64,000 nt of DNA from Escherichia coli (GTDB lineage Bacteria; Pseudomonadota; Gammaproteobacteria; Enterobacterales; Enterobacteriaceae): the NCBI RefSeq assembly GCF_003790525.1, contig NZ_CP033635.1. One strand, 5' to 3'. The stretch's first letter is position 1. The number at the start of each line of letters is the position of its first letter. The notes beneath the pieces are model-generated. The model was not told the origin of the DNA, ran no database searches, and worked only from the letters and a program-made list of their open reading frames with translations. This document shows positions 49,384-62,371 of the stretch, piece by piece. Both the position numbers and the translations under genes were made by a program.

Positions 49384-51618
49384 ATGGTTGCGGTAAGAAG
49401 TGCACATATCAATAAGGCTGGTGAATTTGATCCGGAAAAATGGATCGCAAGTCTGGGTATTACCAGCCAGAAGTCGTGTGAGTGCTTAGCCGAAACCTGG
49501 GCGTATTGTCTGCAACATACGCAGGGGCATCCGGATGCCAGTCTGTTATTGTGGCGTGGTGTTGAGATGGTGGAGATCCTCTCGACATTAAGTATGGACA
49601 TTGACACGCTGCGGGCGGCGCTGCTGTTCCCTCTGGCTGATGCCAACGTAGTCAGCGAAGATGTGCTGCGTGAGAGCGTCGGTAAGTCGGTCGTTAACCT
49701 TATTCACGGCGTGCGTGATATGGCGGCGATCCGCCAGCTGAAAGCGACGCATACCGATTCTGTTTCCTCCGAACAGGTCGATAACGTTCGCCGGATGTTA
49801 TTGGCGATGGTCGATGATTTCCGCTGCGTGGTCATCAAACTGGCAGAGCGTATTGCTCATCTGCGCGAAGTAAAAGACGCGCCGGAAGATGAACGCGTAC
49901 TGGCGGCAAAAGAGTGCACCAATATCTACGCGCCGTTGGCGAACCGTCTTGGGATTGGGCAACTGAAATGGGAGCTGGAAGATTACTGCTTCCGTTATCT
50001 CCACCCGACCGAATACAAACGCATCGCAAAACTGCTGCATGAACGCCGTCTCGACCGCGAACACTATATCGAAGAGTTTGTCGGCCACCTGCGCGCTGAG
50101 ATGAAAGCTGAAGGCGTTAAAGCTGAAGTGTATGGTCGTCCGAAACACATCTACAGCATCTGGCGCAAAATGCAGAAAAAGAACCTCGCCTTCGATGAGC
50201 TGTTTGATGTGCGTGCGGTACGTATTGTCGCCGAGCGTTTACAGGATTGTTATGCCGCACTGGGGATAGTGCACACTCACTATCGCCACCTGCCGGATGA
50301 GTTTGACGATTACGTCGCTAACCCGAAACCAAACGGTTATCAGTCTATTCATACCGTGGTTCTGGGACCAGGTGGCAAAACCGTTGAGATCCAAATCCGC
50401 ACTAAACAGATGCATGAAGATGCAGAGTTGGGTGTTGCTGCGCACTGGAAATATAAAGAGGGCGCGGCAGCTGGCGGCGCACGTTCGGGACATGAAGACC
50501 GGATTGCCTGGCTGCGTAAACTGATTGCGTGGCAGGAAGAGATGGCTGATTCCGGCGAAATGCTCGACGAAGTACGTAGCCAGGTCTTTGACGACCGGGT
50601 GTACGTCTTTACGCCGAAAGGTGATGTCGTTGATTTGCCTGCGGGATCAACACCGCTGGACTTCGCGTACCACATCCACAGTGATGTCGGACACCGCTGC
50701 ATCGGGGCAAAAATTGGCGGGCGCATTGTGCCGTTCACCTACCAGCTGCAGATGGGCGACCAGATTGAAATTATCACCCAGAAACAGCCGAACCCCAGCC
50801 GTGACTGGTTAAACCCAAATCTCGGTTACGTCACAACCAGTCGTGGGCGCTCGAAAATTCACGCCTGGTTCCGTAAACAGGATCGTGACAAAAACATTCT
50901 GGCTGGACGGCAAATCCTTGATGACGAGCTGGAACATCTGGGGATCAGCCTGAAAGAAGCAGAAAAACACCTGCTGCCGCGTTACAACTTCAATGATGTC
51001 GACGAGTTGCTGGCGGCGATTGGTGGCGGGGATATCCGTCTCAATCAGATGGTGAACTTCCTGCAATCGCAATTTAATAAGCCGAGTGCCGAAGAGCAGG
51101 ATGCCGCCGCGCTGAAACAGCTTCAGCAAAAAAGCTACACGCCGCAAAACCGCAGTAAAGATAACGGTCGTGTGGTGGTAGAAGGTGTCGGTAACCTGAT
51201 GCACCACATCGCGCGCTGCTGCCAGCCGATTCCTGGAGATGAGATTGTCGGCTTCATTACCCAGGGACGCGGTATTTCAGTACACCGCGCCGATTGCGAA
51301 CAACTGGCGGAACTGCGCTCCCATGCGCCAGAACGCATTGTTGACGCGGTATGGGGCGAGAGCTACTCCGCCGGATATTCGCTGGTGGTCCGCGTGGTGG
51401 CTAATGATCGTAGTGGGTTGTTACGTGATATCACGACCATTCTCGCCAACGAGAAGGTGAACGTACTTGGCGTTGCCAGCCGTAGCGACACCAAACAGCA
51501 ACTGGCGACCATCGACATGACCATTGAGATTTACAACCTGCAAGTGCTGGGCCGCGTGCTGGGTAAACTCAACCAGGTGCCGGATGTTATCGACGCGCGT
51601 CGGTTGCACGGGAGTTAG
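49384..51618 (+). CDS. relA: GTP pyrophosphokinase, (p)ppGpp synthetase I
   Basis: 744 aa RelA/SpoT family. Confidence 0.95.
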   Translation: MVAVRSAHINKAGEFDPEKWIASLGITSQKSCECLAETWAYCLQHTQGHPDASLLLWRGVEMVEILSTLSMDIDTLRAALLFPLADANVVSEDVLRESVGKSVVNLIHGVRDMAAIRQLKATHTDSVSSEQVDNVRRMLLAMVDDFRCVVIKLAERIAHLREVKDAPEDERVLAAKECTNIYAPLANRLGIGQLKWELEDYCFRYLHPTEYKRIAKLLHERRLDREHYIEEFVGHLRAEMKAEGVKAEVYGRPKHIYSIWRKMQKKNLAFDELFDVRAVRIVAERLQDCYAALGIVHTHYRHLPDEFDDYVANPKPNGYQSIHTVVLGPGGKTVEIQIRTKQMHEDAELGVAAHWKYKEGAAAGGARSGHEDRIAWLRKLIAWQEEMADSGEMLDEVRSQVFDDRVYVFTPKGDVVDLPAGSTPLDFAYHIHSDVGHRCIGAKIGGRIVPFTYQLQMGDQIEIITQKQPNPSRDWLNPNLGYVTTSRGRSKIHAWFRKQDRDKNILAGRQILDDELEHLGISLKEAEKHLLPRYNFNDVDELLAAIGGGDIRLNQMVNFLQSQFNKPSAEEQDAAALKQLQQKSYTPQNRSKDNGRVVVEGVGNLMHHIARCCQPIPGDEIVGFITQGRGISVHRADCEQLAELRSHAPERIVDAVWGESYSAGYSLVVRVVANDRSGLLRDITTILANEKVNVLGVASRSDTKQQLATIDMTIEIYNLQVLGRVLGKLNQVPDVIDARRLHGS

Positions 51619-51634
51619 GCCGAAACTTGTTCGT

Positions 51635-51672
51635 ATCTACAATGTAGATCGATATATACTGTATCTACATAT
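51635..51672. promoter_or_regulatory. mazEF promoter/operator palindromes (atctacaatgtagat; tgtatctacata)
   Basis: Palindromic sequences just upstream of mazE, consistent with the autoregulatory alternating palindrome described for the mazEF promoter. Confidence 0.5.
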
Positions 51673-51695
51673 GATAGCGGTTTGAGGAAAGGGTT

Positions 51696-51944
51696 ATGAT
51701 CCACAGTAGCGTAAAGCGTTGGGGAAATTCTCCTGCAGTGCGGATCCCGGCTACGTTAATGCAGGCGCTCAATCTGAATATTGATGATGAAGTGAAGATT
51801 GACCTGGTGGATGGAAAATTAATTATTGAGCCAGTGCGTAAAGAGCCCGTATTTACGCTTGCTGAACTGGTCAACGACATCACGCCGGAAAACCTCCACG
51901 AGAATATCGACTGGGGGGAGCCGAAAGATAAGGAAGTCTGGTAA
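51696..51944 (+). CDS. mazE: Antitoxin MazE
   Basis: 82 aa AbrB/SpoVT-like ([19 protein letters not shown]). Confidence 0.95.
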
Positions 51945-52279
51945 TGGTAAGCCGATACGTACCCGATACGGGCGATCTGATTTGGGTTGATTTTGACCCG
52001 ACAAAAGGTAGCGAGCAAGCCGGACATCGTCCGGCTGTTGTCCTGAGTCCGTTCATGTACAACAACAAAACAGGTATGTGTCTGTGTGTTCCTTGTACAA
52101 CGCAATCAAAAGGATATCCGTTCGAAGTTGTTCTATCCGGTCAGGAACGTGATGGCGTAGCGTTAGCTGATCAGGTAAAAAGTATCGCCTGGCGGGCAAG
52201 AGGAGCAACGAAGAAAGGAACAGTTGCCCCAGAGGAATTACAACTCATTAAAGCCAAAATTAACGTGCTGATTGGGTAG
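51944..52279 (+). CDS. mazF: Toxin MazF (ACA-specific mRNA interferase)
   Basis: 111 aa PemK/MazF fold, overlaps the mazE stop. Confidence 0.95.
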   Translation: MVSRYVPDTGDLIWVDFDPTKGSEQAGHRPAVVLSPFMYNNKTGMCLCVPCTTQSKGYPFEVVLSGQERDGVALADQVKSIAWRARGATKKGTVAPEELQLIKAKINVLIG

Positions 52280-52350
52280 GTGTTACTAACTCACTTCTAT
52301 TCTGGTCACAGGTTTCCACCTGACAGACCCGCAATTTTCAGGACAATTCA

Positions 52351-53142
52351 ATGAATCAAATCGACCGTTTGCTCACTATTATGCAGCGCCTGCGCGATCC
52401 GGAAAACGGCTGCCCGTGGGATAAAGAGCAGACATTTGCCACCATTGCGCCTTACACCCTTGAAGAAACCTACGAGGTGCTGGACGCCATCGCCCGTGAA
52501 GATTTTGACGATCTGCGCGGTGAACTGGGCGATCTGCTGTTCCAGGTGGTGTTTTACGCACAAATGGCTCAGGAAGAAGGGCGCTTTGACTTTAATGATA
52601 TTTGCGCTGCTATTAGCGATAAATTAGAGCGTCGCCATCCGCATGTTTTTGCTGACAGTTCTGCCGAAAACAGTAGTGAAGTGCTCGCCCGTTGGGAGCA
52701 AATCAAAACCGAAGAACGCGCGCAGAAAGCACAGCATTCGGCGCTGGATGATATTCCTCGTAGTTTACCGGCTTTAATGCGTGCGCAAAAAATCCAGAAA
52801 CGTTGCGCCAACGTTGGCTTCGACTGGACGACGCTTGGTCCGGTAGTCGATAAAGTCTACGAAGAGATCGACGAGGTGATGTACGAGGCGCAGCAGGCTG
52901 TTGTCGACCAGGCTAAACTGGAGGAGGAAATGGGTGACCTGCTGTTTGCCACGGTCAATCTGGCTCGTCATTTAGGGACAAAAGCGGAAATCGCATTGCA
53001 AAAAGCGAACGAAAAATTCGAGCGTCGTTTTCGCGAAGTGGAGCGTATTGTTGCCGCGCGTGGACTGGAAATGACAGGTGTTGACCTCGAAACAATGGAA
53101 GAAGTCTGGCAACAGGTAAAACGGCAGGAAATTGATCTCTAA
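52351..53142 (+). CDS. mazG: Nucleoside triphosphate pyrophosphohydrolase MazG
   Basis: 263 aa tandem MazG domains. Confidence 0.9.
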   Translation: MNQIDRLLTIMQRLRDPENGCPWDKEQTFATIAPYTLEETYEVLDAIAREDFDDLRGELGDLLFQVVFYAQMAQEEGRFDFNDICAAISDKLERRHPHVFADSSAENSSEVLARWEQIKTEERAQKAQHSALDDIPRSLPALMRAQKIQKRCANVGFDWTTLGPVVDKVYEEIDEVMYEAQQAVVDQAKLEEEMGDLLFATVNLARHLGTKAEIALQKANEKFERRFREVERIVAARGLEMTGVDLETMEEVWQQVKRQEIDL

Positions 53143-53354
53143 GGGAATTACGCGGTCAAGCGCCATTTGTGTCATTTTTTAAATGACAAGCGCTTGATTT
53201 GCGTCAAAAACATTTACCCCAAAGGGGCTATTTTCTCACTCCTGATTTCAATAGTGCGCTGGCGAAGAGGAGGGATAATGAAAGTTTGTGGCACAGGTCA
53301 TGTTCGGGTATACTGCTTTCCCGTCCTGGTTATTCCATCGTCTTTTCAACCTAA

Positions 53355-55007
<1,653 letters not shown>

Positions 55008-55078
55008 GAAAAAAGTTAGAACGGCAACGCGTACCCTGGGTACGCGTTGTTTGTCTGGAGTTTCAGTTTAACTAGTGA

Positions 55079-56392
<1,314 letters not shown>

Positions 56393-56419
56393 GTCTGACT
56401 TTATCTGATTTAAAAATGC

Positions 56420-56433
56420 CAGCCTTCGGGCTG
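56420..56433. repeat. Left copy of IS4 target-site duplication (cagccttcgggctg)
   Basis: Identical 14-mer directly flanks both ends of the IS; the two copies reconstruct a perfect hairpin aaaaatgccagccttcgggctggcatttttt. Confidence 0.8.
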
Positions 56434-57859
56434 TAATGCCAGTCAGTTAAGCAACTGACTGGCTCTTTTTCGGGGCTGTGGGGTATTTCCAGGGCCTCTC
56501 CTTTACCACTCTCGGGAAGGCCCTTTCCCTTCTTGTCGGTAATTTCACAAGTTGTCCCATACTTGCAAGATCGCGCATCAGCTCCGGTATACGTCCCGGT
56601 GAAGCGCCCTGCAATGTCATCAGCATTCTCATCACCATTCCACATGATTCTGAGAAACTCAGTTGATTCGGCCAGTAACCTTTCAGATATTCCGCCATTT
56701 TAATCATCTGATATCTCACCAGATTATAAGCCAGTAAGACACCCCACAGCTCTTGCTCCACAAGCTCCGGTTTTTTACTTCTCAGCGTCAGCCTGCTCAG
56801 TTGCATCGTCTGTTTTATCTCCCTGTATCCCAGTTCGATTTCCCAGCGATGACTGTACAGATCCGCCATTTCTCCTCCGGGGAAGCGCATGGCGTCCGTC
56901 ATCGACGTCAGCAGATGGCAGACTTTTCCTTTGCGCGTCACGGTCAGCAGGCGGGCTGTCACTTCATTTCCCAGTCCCGGCCACTTTTTTCGTGCCTGCG
57001 GGCTGGTTTTCAGCTTCACCAGATGATCGCCTTTACCCAGTTTTCTGATCTCTTCATATTGCGCTCCCTTTCTGAGAGGTATCATCCAGTGGCGGTGTTC
57101 TCCCGCCAGGCTCCAGGCATTTAACAGTCCCAGTGAGTAATAACCTTTATCCATTAACGTCAGAGTGTTATCGCCGGTTTGTTCTATAAGTTGCTCAGCA
57201 AGCTCATTTTCGCTGTTCTTCATCGTGCCGAAGGCTGCAGCCGTCAGCAGATGGCTGGTCAGTTCCATCTGGCAGACCATTTTGACCTGCGGGTAGAGCG
57301 CCGGGTTCCCGGCATGTGTCTGGCGGGGGAAGGCTGCATCGTTCTCTGGTGTATCCGGTGTGCGCCAGAACACACCATCGATGGCCAGCAGGGTCAGGCC
57401 GCACCAGTGCGGATGCGGCGTGGCGTTATGCCAGAGCTGCGCTGTTTTCGTGAACACGCGGCGGACAGCCTCACTTCCCAGGCGCTGGCGGGCCTGAATA
57501 ACGGCACTGGGGGCAACGAAGGGGCGATTGCCCGGCAGCATGATGTCCAGGCGATTCACAATCTGGTGAAGAGGTTCTTTACGCTCAAGCGCCATGCCAA
57601 CAATACACCAGACCATCATTTCGAGGGGAAGACGGCGCTTGCGTAGCGTTACAGTACCTGATTCGGCAAGGCAACGAGAGATGAGTTCGGGGTCGAGGTA
57701 ATCCCCCAGAGAAGTCAGTGGGTTACGCAGAGAATCGTAACGGGATACCAGATCAAGAGCCTGTCCAATGTGCATAAAAAAATCCGGAAACAAGTGAGCG
57801 TTTCCGGATTCTTACACAGCCACTGGATCGGTCAACTGATCCTTAACTGATCGGCATTA
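56434..57859 (-). mobile_element. IS4 insertion sequence (1426 bp) with imperfect 18-bp terminal inverted repeats
   Basis: Ends taatgccagtcagttaag ... cttaactgatcggcatta (16/18 complementary); encodes an IS4-family DDE transposase; flanked by a 14-bp direct repeat. Confidence 0.9.
56447..57775 (-). CDS. insG: IS4 transposase
   Basis: 442 aa from [31 protein letters not shown], which I recognise as the IS4 transposase N-terminus. Confidence 0.9.
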   Translation of the reverse strand: MHIGQALDLVSRYDSLRNPLTSLGDYLDPELISRCLAESGTVTLRKRRLPLEMMVWCIVGMALERKEPLHQIVNRLDIMLPGNRPFVAPSAVIQARQRLGSEAVRRVFTKTAQLWHNATPHPHWCGLTLLAIDGVFWRTPDTPENDAAFPRQTHAGNPALYPQVKMVCQMELTSHLLTAAAFGTMKNSENELAEQLIEQTGDNTLTLMDKGYYSLGLLNAWSLAGEHRHWMIPLRKGAQYEEIRKLGKGDHLVKLKTSPQARKKWPGLGNEVTARLLTVTRKGKVCHLLTSMTDAMRFPGGEMADLYSHRWEIELGYREIKQTMQLSRLTLRSKKPELVEQELWGVLLAYNLVRYQMIKMAEYLKGYWPNQLSFSESCGMVMRMLMTLQGASPGRIPELMRDLASMGQLVKLPTRRERAFPRVVKERPWKYPTAPKKSQSVA

Positions 57860-57873
57860 CAGCCTTCGGGCTG
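57860..57873. repeat. Right copy of IS4 target-site duplication (cagccttcgggctg)
   Basis: See left copy. Confidence 0.8.
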
Positions 57874-57891
57874 GCATTTTTTATGGCTGAG

Positions 57892-58764
57892 TTACCAGCG
57901 GCCAGACGCGCCGCCACCGCCAGAAGAACCGCCACCTCCGTTAAATCCGCCGCCAGTTGAGCCGCCACCAGAACCGCCGCTGTCTGAATGATAACTTCTA
58001 CCTGATGCTTTTTTCTGTGGGACACATAACCAGGTAAAGACCATAATGATGGTGAAAGCAAAAAAGAAGGAAAATACAGCAATGGAAAAAGTTTGATCGG
58101 AGAACAGGAATAAATCTATAAGATAGACTGTTGAAATACAAACACTGCTTTTAAATGCCCGACAAAAATTATTGCCTTGATGAAAAAACCAGAAAGGGAA
58201 GAACATCACTGCAAATACCCAAAAAATAGCAAAGTAGTAATGATCACTGGAAGACGCTGATTCACTTTCTGAAGGATTAGACGAATATTGGTGTTGTGAA
58301 GTGAGTTGGTTATTCAAAGCGATTATAGCTAATTCTAATCCCTTAGCTAATTTTTGTTTTTTAAAGGCGGGTATCATGATGCTACGGATGATATTGCCAG
58401 CCAGAGCATCGGTTACCTTTTCTTCCAGCCCATAACCTACCTGGATGCGGACAGTACGATCCGACCAGGCAACAATGATCAGTATCCCATCATTACGTTT
58501 GGCATCTCCTAAACGCCAATTGTCAAAAACTCTTGTAGCATATTGTTCAATAGAATCGTCTCCGGTGGATGGCACTATTAATACAGCGACCTGTGCCCGT
58601 GTTTTTTGTGTAATATCCTGCAGCTGTTGTGTTAGTGATTGTTGTTCAGACGTGCTTAAGGTACCAGTAATATCGGTCACCTGTTGGCGCAGCTCCGGCA
58701 CAGCAATTTGCTGGGCAAGCACAGGAAGGCACCATAAAGTGAGTAGAAAAAGGATTATACGCAT
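57892..58764 (-). CDS. ygcG: TPM-domain membrane protein, YgcG-like (signal peptide, TPM domain, TM segments, Gly/Ser-rich C-terminal tail ending GRW)
   Basis: 290 aa from ATG 58764 ([17 protein letters not shown]); length as recalled for K-12 YgcG; the ORF-track start 4 codons upstream is a TTG and is rejected. Confidence 0.75.
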   Translation of the reverse strand: MRIILFLLTLWCLPVLAQQIAVPELRQQVTDITGTLSTSEQQSLTQQLQDITQKTRAQVAVLIVPSTGDDSIEQYATRVFDNWRLGDAKRNDGILIIVAWSDRTVRIQVGYGLEEKVTDALAGNIIRSIMIPAFKKQKLAKGLELAIIALNNQLTSQHQYSSNPSESESASSSDHYYFAIFWVFAVMFFPFWFFHQGNNFCRAFKSSVCISTVYLIDLFLFSDQTFSIAVFSFFFAFTIIMVFTWLCVPQKKASGRSYHSDSGGSGGGSTGGGFNGGGGSSGGGGASGRW

Positions 58765-58769
58765 AACGA

Positions 58770-59918
58770 TCACCAACGGTCGGATGAACCGCCGCCTCCT
58801 GAAGAACCGCCGCCACCGCGGAAAGAATTTTTCGACGAAGAGCGAGAATGAGCATTACGATTCCCCGTTTTCCTGTTGCTTTTTTCTCCTGACCCCAGCT
58901 TAAGATTGCCAGTAAATTTGGCCACAATGATCAGCAGAACGATGCCAGCAATGGTTATTGGGCCGATAAAATGATCAATTAACCCAATAATTGTTGAGAT
59001 GAATGCTATATCTTTATTACTGGCGAATACCAGGCACCATCCCACAACAATTATCAGCAGCACGACAAACAATGAGTTTCGTTCGGATTGAGAAACCTGC
59101 TGAGTCGTCTTTTGTTTTTTCACTTTAGCGTTTTTATTTTTTGGGGCCAGCATCATAGGAAATACGCGATACATATGAAAAATTACCGCGAGACGCTGCC
59201 AGCAGGTTGCTGCGAAAAATAAACTAAAACAAACGAGCGATACCCGCCGAATGATGACATCATCCTGAAAGAAGAAAAACCAGACCATAGGAGTAATCAT
59301 CGATATCATCCATATGCCAGGCCCGGGACGGCTGGTAAATCGCCAGAGGACAACGATGGCAACGATCATCAGTAATGTCCAGGCAAGACATGGCAGCGAG
59401 CGTTGCGGATTAGCAAACAGATGATTGGCTAAAGCATCCAAAGGGCTAAGATTCGCTTTTATATAGGTAAACTGTGCGATGCCTTCAATTCCCTGCGTTA
59501 ACCCGGAGAAGAGATTATTTTTTTTGAATTCCGGTTGCATATGGTAATGAACAATTTGCGCAGCTTGTTCCGGTGGCAGCATCTCTTTCAGTCCATGCCC
59601 AATCTTCATTGACGCCAGCCCTTCCGGCCAAACGACGAGAATTAAGATACCTTCGCCGTACCGCTTCTCTCCAACGGGTTTCCAGTGATATAACCCGTAG
59701 CTCTGAGAGGCTGCAAGTTTAATGTTTTTGCCCCCTGTGGTCGGCGTAACCAACACGGCCACCTGGAAGTGGTTTTGCTGCTCGAGAGTCTGTAATTGTT
59801 GATTTAAAGCAGTTTGTTCTTCTGTCGTTAATGTCCCGGTTAAGTCAGTTACTGAAGGCAATTGTTCAGCGAATGCCTGGAAACCATATAGCATCAGAAG
59901 TAAGAGAAAAATACGCAT
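58770..59918 (-). CDS. TPM-domain membrane protein, paralogue 2 (extended multi-TM region, Gly-rich tail ending DRW)
   Basis: 382 aa; signal peptide [20 protein letters not shown]-like core ([20 protein letters not shown]), tail [15 protein letters not shown]; AAGGA RBS; 5 nt upstream of ygcG-like gene. Confidence 0.75.
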   Translation of the reverse strand: MRIFLLLLMLYGFQAFAEQLPSVTDLTGTLTTEEQTALNQQLQTLEQQNHFQVAVLVTPTTGGKNIKLAASQSYGLYHWKPVGEKRYGEGILILVVWPEGLASMKIGHGLKEMLPPEQAAQIVHYHMQPEFKKNNLFSGLTQGIEGIAQFTYIKANLSPLDALANHLFANPQRSLPCLAWTLLMIVAIVVLWRFTSRPGPGIWMISMITPMVWFFFFQDDVIIRRVSLVCFSLFFAATCWQRLAVIFHMYRVFPMMLAPKNKNAKVKKQKTTQQVSQSERNSLFVVLLIIVVGWCLVFASNKDIAFISTIIGLIDHFIGPITIAGIVLLIIVAKFTGNLKLGSGEKSNRKTGNRNAHSRSSSKNSFRGGGGSSGGGGSSDRW

Positions 59919-59932
59919 TTCAATTCCTTTTG

Positions 59933-60826
59933 TTACCAGCGCCCGGAGGCGCCACCGCCGCCAGATGAACCGCCGCCGCCGCGGAAATTGTCATTGTCGA
60001 ATGAAGAGGATGACGATGACGAATAGTGGGAGGAAGAATTACTTCTTGTATGGCGTGATGGCTGGTTGGTATTACGCATCGAATCCCGAACCTTTTTGCC
60101 GAAGGGAGTAAAAGCGATGGCGACAGCCAGGAACGGTGTGGCGAAGCAGAGTAATGTTGCGAGCACTCCCCAGCTTCCGCTGAAACCTGCTATAGGTAAA
60201 ACAAAGGCCAGTACAATAGCTGCGAAGCAAATCAGTCCCAGCGTTTTGATATATCCTCTGGCAGAAATAAACGTCAGTATTATCGCCCAGACTAACAAAG
60301 CCCACCAACCGCTAAAGGGCAAAGGGTGATCGGTCGGTGTTATCGTTGCTGAATTATTCCCCGTCAGGCGACTTTCAATATCGTTGATCCCCTTTTGTAA
60401 ACCACCAGCCAGGTCGCCTTTTTTAAATGCCGGAATAATACTGTTGCGAATAATTTTCCCGGACTGTACATCCGTAATAATACCTTCCAGTCCGTAACCG
60501 ATTTCAATACGCACGGTATGATCCTGCCAGGCGACTAACAGTAGAACGCCATCATCGCGGTCTTTATCACCCGGTTTCCAGCTATCGAATACCCGCGTTG
60601 CGTACTGCTCGATGGTTTCATCGCCTGTTGTATCAACCACTAACACGACCAACTGTGCGTGGTTTTTTTGCGTCAGGGCTTTAATCTGGTTGGTCAGGGT
60701 GTTTACTTCGCTGTTTGTTAATGTGCCGGTTAAGTCATTCACATACTTGGGGGATTCAGGTACTGGAATTTGTGTGGCAAACACAGATGAACAGAAGAAA
60801 GCCATAAGGAAGATAAAATTTCGCAT
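59933..60826 (-). CDS. TPM-domain membrane protein, paralogue 1 (Ser-rich + Gly-rich tail ending GRW)
   Basis: 297 aa from ATG 60826 (MRNFIFLMAFFCSSVFA); TPM-like core (LTGTL..QLVVLVV..IEIGYGLEGI); tail [15 protein letters not shown]; 13 nt after the lemA stop. Confidence 0.75.
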   Translation of the reverse strand: MRNFIFLMAFFCSSVFATQIPVPESPKYVNDLTGTLTNSEVNTLTNQIKALTQKNHAQLVVLVVDTTGDETIEQYATRVFDSWKPGDKDRDDGVLLLVAWQDHTVRIEIGYGLEGIITDVQSGKIIRNSIIPAFKKGDLAGGLQKGINDIESRLTGNNSATITPTDHPLPFSGWWALLVWAIILTFISARGYIKTLGLICFAAIVLAFVLPIAGFSGSWGVLATLLCFATPFLAVAIAFTPFGKKVRDSMRNTNQPSRHTRSNSSSHYSSSSSSSFDNDNFRGGGGSSGGGGASGRW

Positions 60827-60839
60827 AGAACTTCCCCGC

Positions 60840-61442
60840 TTAATGCGCATTAGCATTCTGGCTAAAATCTATTGTTGGGGCTTTACTTACTGCGGTGACA
60901 TCATCCGGCAAATAATTTTTCTTTGGTGTGTAATCCATGACCTTTGCGGTTAATACAGCGGGGAATTTGCGGATAGTGACATTATATTGTTCAATGGCTT
61001 TAATATATCTTCCTCGCGCAACGGCAATTCTATTTTCACTTCCTTCGAGCTGTACCATTAAGTTTTGATAGAGTTCCTGAGCTTTTAACTCAGGGTAACG
61101 TTCACTAATTATCGTTAACTGACCGAGAGTGCGAGACACCTGCGCCTGGGCTTGTTGCCAGGCTTGTAATTTTTGCGCATCTCCCGGAGCTTGCTGAAGA
61201 TCGCTACTGGCGCGATTAGCCTGGCTACGTGCCAATGTTACGGCTTCCAGTACCTCTTGTTCATGGCTAGAATAACCTTTAATACTGGCGACAAGATTAG
61301 GAATAAGATCGGCGCGACGTTGATATTGATTCAATACCTCAGACCAGGAGGCGTTAACCTGCTCATCATAGGTTTGAATATCGTTATATCCACAGCCTGA
61401 TAAATTGACAATAAATATAATTACGATGAATATCCTGAGCAT
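60840..61442 (-). CDS. LemA-family protein (probable lipoprotein, lipobox LSGC)
   Basis: 200 aa; N-terminal hydrophobic segment with Cys at position 17 in an LSGC lipobox; coiled-coil-rich LemA-like body; first gene of the 4-gene minus-strand cluster. Confidence 0.7.
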   Translation of the reverse strand: MLRIFIVIIFIVNLSGCGYNDIQTYDEQVNASWSEVLNQYQRRADLIPNLVASIKGYSSHEQEVLEAVTLARSQANRASSDLQQAPGDAQKLQAWQQAQAQVSRTLGQLTIISERYPELKAQELYQNLMVQLEGSENRIAVARGRYIKAIEQYNVTIRKFPAVLTAKVMDYTPKKNYLPDDVTAVSKAPTIDFSQNANAH

Positions 61443-61614
61443 GTCTATGTCCCTTTTAATTAATTCCTTAAAACATAATACGCCGCTTCATTTTATTCTT
61501 TATGATCTCATCCACTTTTTGCCTTAAACCTGCCTGTAACAGAATGTTAATAAGACATGATTGTTGTGGCAGGATCTGCAATAATTAACAATTATCCACT
61601 TCACAGAGAATGCT

Positions 61615-62286
61615 ATGCAGTACCCGATTAACGAGATGTTCCAGACCCTGCAAGGTGAGGGTTACTTTACCGGCGTCCCCGCCATTTTTATTCGTTTACA
61701 GGGATGCCCGGTTGGCTGTGCCTGGTGCGACACCAAACACACCTGGGAAAAGCTTGAGGATCGGGAAGTCTCCCTTTTCAGCATTCTGGCGAAGACCAAA
61801 GAGAGTGATAAGTGGGGGGCGGCGAGCAGTGAAGATTTGCTGGCTGTCATTGGTCGGCAGGGATATACCGCGCGGCATGTGGTGATTACGGGTGGTGAGC
61901 CTTGCATTCATGATTTGCTGCCACTGACTGACCTGCTCGAAAAGAACGGTTTTAGCTGCCAGATCGAAACCAGCGGTACTCATGAAGTACGCTGCACGCC
62001 GAATACCTGGGTTACCGTATCGCCAAAGCTGAACATGCGCGGCGGCTATGAAGTGTTGTCACAGGCACTGGAGCGAGCCAACGAAATCAAGCATCCAGTG
62101 GGACGCGTACGTGATATTGAAGCACTGGATGAACTACTGGCAACGCTGACCGATGATAAACCGCGAGTCATTGCACTCCAGCCGATTAGCCAAAAGGATG
62201 ATGCCACACGTTTGTGCATTGAAACCTGCATTGCGCGTAATTGGCGTTTGTCGATGCAAACACATAAATATCTAAATATTGCCTGA
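61615..62286 (+). CDS. queE: 7-carboxy-7-deazaguanine synthase (radical SAM)
   Basis: 223 aa; CxxxCxxC-type motif CPVGCAWCDT; divergent from lemA. Confidence 0.9.
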   Translation: MQYPINEMFQTLQGEGYFTGVPAIFIRLQGCPVGCAWCDTKHTWEKLEDREVSLFSILAKTKESDKWGAASSEDLLAVIGRQGYTARHVVITGGEPCIHDLLPLTDLLEKNGFSCQIETSGTHEVRCTPNTWVTVSPKLNMRGGYEVLSQALERANEIKHPVGRVRDIEALDELLATLTDDKPRVIALQPISQKDDATRLCIETCIARNWRLSMQTHKYLNIA

Positions 62287-62331
62287 TTTGATTATTCATC
62301 ATTAATATTTAACGTTCAGGTTGAAAAACAA

Positions 62332-62354
62332 TCGCCCCGTTTTACAGGGGCGAT
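62332..62354. terminator. Bidirectional hairpin terminator (tcgcccc-gttttaca-ggggcga) between queE and the LacI-family gene
   Basis: 7-bp GC-rich perfect stem between convergent genes. Confidence 0.5.
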
Positions 62355-62371
62355 GCAAGATAGTGACGGGA

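Noticed and set aside
59981-60040. Possible slipped-strand (phase-variable) tract encoding the poly-Ser run in TPM paralogue 1
   Set aside because: Ser codons are mixed (tcg tca tcg tca tcc tct tca); only two copies of a hexamer, too short for a convincing SSR.
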